NCBI GenBank assembly: GCA_963555815.3
Contig: CAUVWX020000002.1
Span: 384,001 to 448,000 of the forward strand
Direction of reading: 5' to 3'
DNA: 64,000 nucleotides
Source: a bacterium
GTDB taxonomy: Bacteria > UBA8248 > JACPRG01 > G963555815
Positions 57,264 through 64,000 of this stretch are shown in pieces; position 1 is the stretch's first letter; every line of letters begins with the position of its first letter. The translations under genes were made by a program, and so were the position numbers. Below the pieces are notes generated by a model, which saw only the letters and a list, made by a program, of their open reading frames with translations, ran no database searches and was not told the DNA's origin.

Positions 57264-57878
57264 CTACTTCAGAAGTTTCGACATGAACTTGAAGTCGTCC
57301 GTCCCGGCCACCCGAAGGAGATCAAAGGCGGCGGTCTCGGTGGAGGTGATGACCGCCCCCGCCTCGTCCATCAACCGAAGCCCCGTTTTCCAGTTGGCCT
57401 TCGTCCTGGAGCAGACGGCGTCGGCCGGGACATGGACCGTATAGCCCGTGTCCAGCAAGTCGCAGACCGTCTGAAAGACGCAGACGTGGGTCTCAATACC
57501 GGCGACCAGGACGTGGCTGAGATCTTTGGCCCGCAACCGCTTCAAAAAGCCCTCTTCCTCACAGCCGCTGAAGGCCAGCTTCTCGATGGGCGAGAAATCG
57601 GGAAAAACCTCCTTCAGCTCTGAAGAAGTATGCCCGAGCCCTTTTGGGTACTGCTCCGTCACAATGGCGGGAAGTTTTAGCCGCCCCGCCAGCGAGAGGA
57701 GGATGCGGATACTGCGGAGCGTCCTCTCCCTGATTTCCTCCGGCATGGCGGCGAGAAGGCGCTCTTGCGTATCAATCAAGACGAGGCCTGTCTTCTCCCG
57801 GCTCAGGCGAAACCGTTTCCCATTCTCCCCCAACCCGCCTTCTCCCTCAAAAAGGCTTTCCCTCGCGGCAAGGCTCAT
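57264..57878 (-). CDS. Isochorismatase family hydrolase
   Basis: IDTQERL, TEQYPKGLG, GIETHVCVFQT. Confidence 0.92.
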   Translation of the reverse strand: MSLAARESLFEGEGGLGENGKRFRLSREKTGLVLIDTQERLLAAMPEEIRERTLRSIRILLSLAGRLKLPAIVTEQYPKGLGHTSSELKEVFPDFSPIEKLAFSGCEEEGFLKRLRAKDLSHVLVAGIETHVCVFQTVCDLLDTGYTVHVPADAVCSRTKANWKTGLRLMDEAGAVITSTETAAFDLLRVAGTDDFKFMSKLLK

Positions 57879-57950
57879 TTGCCCTAACGAATGCGACCCA
57901 CACCCTCTACGGAACGGGAAACATCAGGCAGTGGTCCGGTCTGAGGGGTT

Positions 57951-59234
57951 TTAAATCCCTCCGAAGGAGACGGCCCGGACGTTTTCTAGCGGGAAGTAGA
58001 CGAAGACCCCTGGCGCCACAGAGCCTAAAAAGCCAATGCGTCTCAGCGCGTAGCCCCCGGGGTTGTAATGATTTCCCTCTCCCGAGAGGTCCTCAAATCC
58101 TGCGTGGTACTCCCAGTCGATGGGCAGGCGGAAGAGCTCACCCGCTTGGTTCCGGAAGGCCATCTCCCCTTTTTCTCCCTCTGGTATCTCGAGGCGGGAA
58201 AGCTTGGCGAAGCTTGCCCGTTCCCGGGTCTCGCCCACCCGGACGAAGAAGAAGGGTTTCCTAAAACCCCCGATCAAGCTCCCGCCTGTCTCTGTCCACC
58301 CTTCCAGGAGATACCGCTCATAAAAGAGGGAAAGCTCTATTGCTTCGACCTGCTGTCCGCTCGCCAACTCCACGGTCGCCTTCTGGCCTGGCGGGACAAC
58401 CCCTTCAGGGTTCGATAGAGAGGCGGACTCGATCCGCTCGAGGCCGCGAAGGGGAATCTTGAAGGGGCCGAGGGAAGAATCTCCACTCAAGAGACCCTCT
58501 CCCAACTCTCCCTCGTATTCCTCCCCAGCCGCCGTGGAAACCGAATGACCCCTCCCCTTCCGGACAACTTTCCGGACACTCGACAGTTGAATGAGATAGG
58601 TGAAACCGTCCATTTGGAGGGGGAGCAGACCCACCTCGTGTCTCTGCCCCACCGGGTCCCAGAGCGTGAATGAGTCCTCAACGCTGAGGTCTCCAAGGGC
58701 TCGGACCGAGAGATCCCCTTCCCCGACCAAGGTGGCCGAGAATTCCTTATTCGAAGGCTCTGGCGGTGCCTCCTCTGTCGTGGAGACCTTCAACTCAATT
58801 CTGTCGATGAGATCCCAGGATTTGACCAGAGGACCAAGGGCCCATTCCGCGCGAAAGGGTTCCGTGGGGATGGGGCCATTGCAGGAATTTCCATTTCGAA
58901 GAAGAAGTTTTAGCTGATCGGCAGAGGGGTCTACCTGGATCTCCTGCAGAGTGTCCACGGGGATCTCAAAGAGAAATGGACCTCGTCGGCAGGAAAGAGC
59001 GCTGGCCTCGACTTTCTCAAGAGTGATGATCTCTCCTGACCGCCGATAGTGAATTTTCCATCCAACAGGCACATCGGCAGCGAGCGGCGCTCCCGGCCAG
59101 ACAAGAGGCACCAAGAACCCCCACAGGATGCACCAAATCCCCTTCTTTATCGCCCAGAGGGCGTCTAACATGACAATCTTCCCCCCCACAGGGGCTGGGA
59201 GTTTAGAAGGCCCAGGGAGTCTCAAAATTTTCAT
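57951..59234 (-). CDS. Hypothetical exported beta-rich protein with internal repeats
   Basis: Signal-like segment and recurring G...LGP..I....I.RIE module; start uncertain. Confidence 0.65.
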   Translation of the reverse strand: MKILRLPGPSKLPAPVGGKIVMLDALWAIKKGIWCILWGFLVPLVWPGAPLAADVPVGWKIHYRRSGEIITLEKVEASALSCRRGPFLFEIPVDTLQEIQVDPSADQLKLLLRNGNSCNGPIPTEPFRAEWALGPLVKSWDLIDRIELKVSTTEEAPPEPSNKEFSATLVGEGDLSVRALGDLSVEDSFTLWDPVGQRHEVGLLPLQMDGFTYLIQLSSVRKVVRKGRGHSVSTAAGEEYEGELGEGLLSGDSSLGPFKIPLRGLERIESASLSNPEGVVPPGQKATVELASGQQVEAIELSLFYERYLLEGWTETGGSLIGGFRKPFFFVRVGETRERASFAKLSRLEIPEGEKGEMAFRNQAGELFRLPIDWEYHAGFEDLSGEGNHYNPGGYALRRIGFLGSVAPGVFVYFPLENVRAVSFGGI

Positions 59235-59271
59235 TCAGGTTTCTCAAACCCCTAGTATATAATGAGGCCGC

Positions 59272-60033
59272 TCAAAAATTTCCCGAAGTTTCTGGGCTGC
59301 TCCTCTGAGGGAGATTTCCATCAGACCACTTTGACGAGGGGAGGACTCCGGAAGACCCGCGGGGACCCACATCGTCAGACGCCCCGTCCACCAGGGCACC
59401 CTTGTACAGATGAAGAACTTGATCCGCCACCTGGCGGCAAAAATCCTTGTCATGCGTGGCGACGACGACTGTCGTCCCCTTCTCTTCGCGAGTCTTGAGG
59501 ATGAGCATGATGACCAGGTTGATGTGGTCCACATCCACATGGGCAACCGGCTCGTCAAGGAGAAGGACCTCTCGCTCCAGGACCAGTGCGCGGGCCAGGG
59601 CAACCCGCTGGGCCTCGCCCCCCGAAAGCTCCGAGCCCAAACGATCCTTAAATCCCTCAAGATCGGAAAAGGCCAGTGCCCTCGCCACCCGGGTCGCCAC
59701 CTCCGACTCCGGAATCCCCTCCTGCCGGAGGCCATAGGCTACGTTGAAAAAGACCGAGCCCTTGAAGAGGTAAGGGGTTTGGTGGGCGAGGGTCATCCGT
59801 CGCCGCAACTCGAGGGCGTTTCGCCTCAAATTTACAGGGCGACCATCCATGGAAAGCGTGCCGGCTGACGGTCTCTCCAGAAGGCTGAGGATGCGAAGGA
59901 TGGTCGTCTTCCCGGCACCGTTGTGCCCCAGGAAGACCGTCACCTCGCCCCGGGGGATCTCCAAGGCCTCCAGATCCAAAACCTTCTCACGACCAAAATA
60001 CTTCTTCAGCCCACGCGCAGAGAACACCATCAC
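59272..60033 (-). CDS. tupC: Tungstate ABC transporter ATPase
   Basis: GHNGAGKT, LSGGEAQR, LLLDEP; follows tupAB. Confidence 0.8.
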   Translation of the reverse strand: MMVFSARGLKKYFGREKVLDLEALEIPRGEVTVFLGHNGAGKTTILRILSLLERPSAGTLSMDGRPVNLRRNALELRRRMTLAHQTPYLFKGSVFFNVAYGLRQEGIPESEVATRVARALAFSDLEGFKDRLGSELSGGEAQRVALARALVLEREVLLLDEPVAHVDVDHINLVIMLILKTREEKGTTVVVATHDKDFCRQVADQVLHLYKGALVDGASDDVGPRGSSGVLPSSKWSDGNLPQRSSPETSGNF

Positions 60034-60097
60034 CTCGCGACAAGGCCTGACTGCGGCCAGAAGAAGATTTGGGGGACAAACGACCTCATAAAACCTC

Positions 60098-60784
60098 TCA
60101 GCGGCCCTGAACTTGCGTTAAAGCCAAGTTAACCACAACACCAATCCCAAGCAGGATAAGCCCCATGGCGAGGCCCAGGCCAAAGAGCCCCTTGTTGGTC
60201 TCCAGCGCGATGGCCGTTGTCAGGGTTCGGGTAAAGCCCTTAATATTCCCGCCGAGCATCATGGCGATCCCCACCTCGGAGATGATCCGTCCGAAACCCG
60301 CGACGACAGCCGCCATGAAACCATGGCGGGCCTCCCGAAGAAGTGTCCAGGCCACCATGAGGGGAGAAGCCCCCAGCGTTCGGGCCGTCTCCCGAACCAA
60401 CGGCGAGAGGGCTTTTAGGGAAGACAGGGTGAAGACAACCAGAATGGGGATGGCGAGAATCGTGGTCCCCAGTACCATCCCGGTCGGGGTGAAGAGGAGG
60501 TTTAACGTCCCAAGAGGCCCCTGGCGGGAGAGAAGACCAATTCCAAGGAGCCCAATGAGCACTGTGGGGACGCTCAAGAGAGAGTTGAAGGAGAGGACCA
60601 CGATCCGCCTTCCCGGGAAGTTCGCCGTTGCCAGGAGAAAACCGATAGGAACACCAATCACAGCGGCCAGGAGGGTGGACAGGGTGGCCAGGCGGATCGA
60701 GACCAAAGCGGCTGAGAGGACATCAGGGTCCAGGGTTCTAATGAGGCGCAGGGCCTCGAGGATGCCTTCCTTCAGAAACTCCAT
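60098..60784 (-). CDS. tupB: Tungstate ABC transporter permease
   Basis: GFGRIISEVGIAMMLGGNIKGFTRTLTTAIALET. Confidence 0.9.
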   Translation of the reverse strand: MEFLKEGILEALRLIRTLDPDVLSAALVSIRLATLSTLLAAVIGVPIGFLLATANFPGRRIVVLSFNSLLSVPTVLIGLLGIGLLSRQGPLGTLNLLFTPTGMVLGTTILAIPILVVFTLSSLKALSPLVRETARTLGASPLMVAWTLLREARHGFMAAVVAGFGRIISEVGIAMMLGGNIKGFTRTLTTAIALETNKGLFGLGLAMGLILLGIGVVVNLALTQVQGR

Positions 60785-60786
60785 CC

Positions 60787-61635
60787 TCAGGGCACCGCCA
60801 CGGGGTTGAACAAGGGCTCTCCTGTGGGGCGAAAGGTTCGGATGATCTCCTGTCCCTCGGGGGAGGTGATCCATCCAATCAGGGCCATCGCCATGGGATA
60901 ATTGACATGGAGGTGGCGGGCCGGATTCACGGCAATAATCCCATAGGGGTTCCGCAACCGAGGGTCTCCGTCCACCAGAATCTTAAGGTCCAGTCGGCCA
61001 CCATAGGCGAGGAAAGTCCCAATATCGGTCAGGGTATAGGCCCCTTTCTGACTCGCCATAAGAAGGGTCGCGCCCATCCCCTGCCCTATCTCCAGATACC
61101 AGTCCCCTTCGGGATTCACACCCGACAACGCCCAGAGCACCCGTTCCTTCTTATGAGTACCGGAGTCGTCGCCGCGGGAGACAAACAGGGTCTCTTGGGC
61201 CTCGATGCGCGTCAAGGCTTCCGTCCCATCTGAAACCCCCTTCAAACCCGCTGGGTCTGACGAGGGACCAACGAAGACGAAGCGGTTGTACATGACGTCG
61301 CGACGGTTCACCCCGTGCCCCTCGCTGACGAAACGCTCCTCGGCCTCCGGGGCGTGAACCAGGACCACGTCCACGTCCCCCTGGGCGGCCAAGCGAAGGG
61401 CCTTCCCTGTTCCTACGGGGATGACATCGATCTTGGCGCCAAAGCGCTTCTCAAACGGAGGCAGAAGGACCTCGAGGAGGCCGGAGTTCTCCGTAGAGGT
61501 CGTCGTCGCAAGGCGAATCCGCTCCTCCCCGACTCCGCCCCATAGGCCCCAGATACCCAGGATAATGAGGAAGACCAGGGCCACCTTCCCCAGGAGAGAG
61601 CTAACGGTTGAAAACTTTAGAAAACGGTCCGTCAT
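60787..61635 (-). CDS. tupA: Tungstate-binding protein TupA
   Basis: ATTTSTENSGLL (TTTS signature), VHAP, SRGDDSGTH. Confidence 0.92.
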   Translation of the reverse strand: MTDRFLKFSTVSSLLGKVALVFLIILGIWGLWGGVGEERIRLATTTSTENSGLLEVLLPPFEKRFGAKIDVIPVGTGKALRLAAQGDVDVVLVHAPEAEERFVSEGHGVNRRDVMYNRFVFVGPSSDPAGLKGVSDGTEALTRIEAQETLFVSRGDDSGTHKKERVLWALSGVNPEGDWYLEIGQGMGATLLMASQKGAYTLTDIGTFLAYGGRLDLKILVDGDPRLRNPYGIIAVNPARHLHVNYPMAMALIGWITSPEGQEIIRTFRPTGEPLFNPVAVP

Positions 61636-61697
61636 TCCCCAATTCTCCTGTGTCTTCACAATCACTGCCACCCAAAGACATTAAATGGGTGAAGGGT

Positions 61698-62813
61698 TCA
61701 GTTCAGCTCTTCTTCAGAAGTCAGTCTTCGTCCCTGCAAAAGCCCCGAGTGCTCCATGAGATGGGCGTAGATCCTGTCCGAAACGAACCTGTGGCCTTCC
61801 GAATTCCAGTGCTTGGGGAAGATCTCCCTGGCGTTTGGATCTCGATAATGGTCACGGAAGTCCTCCGTGAGGTCAAGGACCGGGATCCCTGTCTTTTTCG
61901 AGAATCGTTCCATAACCTTGGGGAAGCTCCACATGAGGAGGCGATTGAACTCCCCCTTGGCCCAAGACTCAGGAGGAAAGACAACGACGAGAAGCCTCGC
62001 CCCGACCCCCGCCGAGGCCTGGTCCATCTCGCGGAAGATGGCCTCCGAGAGCCTCCACTGCTCCCCCACGCCCACATAGGCCAGGCCGTCTCTCAAGGCT
62101 TGGCCGCGCCTTGCGAGCCAGGCGCACGTCCGACAACCCCACCTGGGCTCCCCTGCCGGCAGATCCGCCGCCTCCCCGATTCTGTCCGGTGGAGGAGTGC
62201 GGGGAACGGGCACATTCGTCAGAAGGAGTTCTTCTCCTTGCAAACGGAACCTCGGCTTATTGTGATTTCGGAAGGTCGCCACATTGCGTCCCATCCCCCC
62301 GAGGTAGAAACCCACCATGACCAGATCGGGCAGGTAACGGACCCCTTCCTCCTTGAGAGTGAGGAGCATCTGGTCCGACCCGTAGCCGTGGACCCCCATG
62401 TTGATCACCTCGGCGTTTGGCATCTTCCTCTCCAGCACCTCGGTGAAAACTTCATCGGGCTCGACATCTTCCCCGAAGGTGAAGGAATCTCCGACCGCGA
62501 GGAGACGAACCTTCCCCGGGATCTTCTCGTAGTCATACTCCCGCGTCTCACGAAGACCCTGCGTGTTTGTTTGAACCGTGAAGCCAGCCACCCGTGTCTC
62601 GTGATCCGGCTTATTCACCCACCCGAGGACGGGACTGTAAAGATCCCAGGTATAAGACCCGTGAGGCCTCCAGGGCCTCGTCTCCTGATGCGTGGGGTAG
62701 CGAATCCCCTTCCCCCTTTCCACGACCCACAAAACCACCTCAAAGGAGATGGCGAAGATAGCTAGGGAGGCGAGAAGGAGAAGGATCTCCTTTCCTGTTT
62801 TGATGGTCCTCAT
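61698..62813 (-). CDS. Membrane-anchored SGNH/GDSL hydrolase-like protein
   Basis: VGDSFTFG, NMGVHGYG, HWNSEGH. Confidence 0.82.
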   Translation of the reverse strand: MRTIKTGKEILLLLASLAIFAISFEVVLWVVERGKGIRYPTHQETRPWRPHGSYTWDLYSPVLGWVNKPDHETRVAGFTVQTNTQGLRETREYDYEKIPGKVRLLAVGDSFTFGEDVEPDEVFTEVLERKMPNAEVINMGVHGYGSDQMLLTLKEEGVRYLPDLVMVGFYLGGMGRNVATFRNHNKPRFRLQGEELLLTNVPVPRTPPPDRIGEAADLPAGEPRWGCRTCAWLARRGQALRDGLAYVGVGEQWRLSEAIFREMDQASAGVGARLLVVVFPPESWAKGEFNRLLMWSFPKVMERFSKKTGIPVLDLTEDFRDHYRDPNAREIFPKHWNSEGHRFVSDRIYAHLMEHSGLLQGRRLTSEEELN

Positions 62814-63032
62814 CCGACATCCCGTGACAGAGACATCTCTTCGGGCTGCCTGCACCCGAAGAGATTCAATGGCCGCCCATCTCCGACGAGCCTGTTGTCT
62901 AAGACAAGAATAATAGAGCAAGGAGGAGGGAAAGAGGGCGTTTAACGCAATTGGGTTCAGAACCTTATCAGTATGCCCTAAACCCCTTTGCCCGGGAAGA
63001 CCTTCCAACTCCCCGTTGGCGGCCGAAGAGGA

Positions 63033-64000
63033 TCAACCGAGTCCCCTCCCGAGAACCCTGCGAAAGGTGAAACCGCTCAGGAGAAGGGCCACCAGACCAA
63101 AACCTGCCAGAATGGCCGCGTCCTGCCAAAGAAACTCCAGGCCCACTCCTTTCAGGTAGATCCCCCGGATGATATTCAGAAAATAGCGGTATGGGATCAG
63201 ATATGTCACATACTGGACCGGCTCAGGCATGTTCTCAATAGGGAAGATGAAGCCTGAAAGCAGAATGCTCGGAAGCTGATAAAAGGCTGATGTCACCATA
63301 GCGGCCTGCTGGGTCCGGGCCAGGGAGGACACCACGACGCCCACTCCGAGACTGGTCAGGACGAAGAGGCTCGACAGACCCACCAGGAGAAGGGCGTCCC
63401 CCTTGAACCACACCCCGAACCAAAACCAGCCGGCTATCACGATGATCAGGACATTCAGCATCCCAATGAGAAGAAAGGGAATGGTCTTTCCCAGAAGGAG
63501 AGCAAACCCTGAAAGGGGCGTCACCACGAGCTGTTCGAGCGTCCCTTGCTCGCGCTCTTTCACGAAGGAAAGGGCCGTGAGGTCCCCGATGAGGGTGAGG
63601 AGGATGGCGCCGATGATCCCGGGGACCATGAAGTTGACGCTCTTGAGTTCCGGGTTGTACCAAACGCGGGGACGGGTCTCCACGAGGAGGGCGCGGATGG
63701 GGGGACCCGAGGCGTCATCGACAAGGGGGCCCTGGAGGTTCAAGGCCAGCTGACTCGCCGCGAAGTCCTGGGTGATATTGTTGAGATAGCCCAGGATGAT
63801 GGCCGCTGCGTTGGAATCCGAGCCGTCCACAAAAATCTGCACGTGGCCCGTGCGGCCCCCTTGGACCTTTTCGGTGAAGTCCATCTCGATGGTAAGCCCG
63901 ACCTGGACCTTCCCACCGTCCAGGAGGCGGAAAATCTCCTCTTCGTCGGCCGCAATCCTCGGCGTGAGGAAGTAGCCCGAAGCCTGCAGCTTCTGCATGA
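63033..64000 (-). CDS. ABC-2 type exporter permease (YbhR/S-like), 5' end outside the window
   Basis: DGSDSN, WYNPEL, KEREQGTLEQL, LSGFIFPIENMP. Confidence 0.9.
   Translation of the reverse strand, partial: MQKLQASGYFLTPRIAADEEEIFRLLDGGKVQVGLTIEMDFTEKVQGGRTGHVQIFVDGSDSNAAAIILGYLNNITQDFAASQLALNLQGPLVDDASGPPIRALLVETRPRVWYNPELKSVNFMVPGIIGAILLTLIGDLTALSFVKEREQGTLEQLVVTPLSGFALLLGKTIPFLLIGMLNVLIIVIAGWFWFGVWFKGDALLLVGLSSLFVLTSLGVGVVVSSLARTQQAAMVTSAFYQLPSILLSGFIFPIENMPEPVQYVTYLIPYRYFLNIIRGIYLKGVGLEFLWQDAAILAGFGLVALLLSGFTFRRVLGRGLG

Noticed and set aside
59244..59380. Possible frameshift in the tupC C-terminus
   Set aside because: The ATPase core is complete and neither tail frame has a recognisable domain
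1..64000. CRISPR arrays, IS elements, prophage or anti-phage defence genes
   Set aside because: No repeat-spacer arrays, transposase, integrase or phage motifs were seen; the cyclase and TPR proteins lack defence-effector context

Overview
GC-rich, gene-dense chromosomal segment of a diderm bacterium (bamD, lptD). The gene orders atpZ-atpI-atpB-atpE-rex and tsaB-DUF465-ilvBN-psd-pssA suggest a Nitrospinota/Deltaproteobacteria-like lineage; this is inference only. The window holds about 70 mostly housekeeping or conserved genes: a polyamine operon (speD-pdaD-speE), a CHASE2 adenylate cyclase/SH3/M48 protease cluster, small redox proteins (a rubredoxin missed by the ORF track, two thioredoxin-like 2Fe-2S ferredoxins, SOD, a ferritin-like protein), F0 ATP synthase genes, ilvBN, phospholipid genes, tRNA-Gly and tRNA-Cys, an EndoQ-like nuclease, an M16 peptidase pair, a class II cNMP phosphodiesterase, nagA, D-aminoacylase, ddl and tupABC. 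I saw no CRISPR array, transposase, integrase or prophage. The best leads are two long structured 5' leaders (speD operon; SOD, with an H-type pseudoknot), the cyclase-SH3-M48 envelope signalling module, and an internally deleted second ilvN. At least five genes carry single-base frameshifts, mostly in G/C homopolymers (sequencing error or phase variation). Short AT-rich islets occur at some gene ends and next to one gene remnant. All family assignments come from motif recognition by eye; no searches were run.
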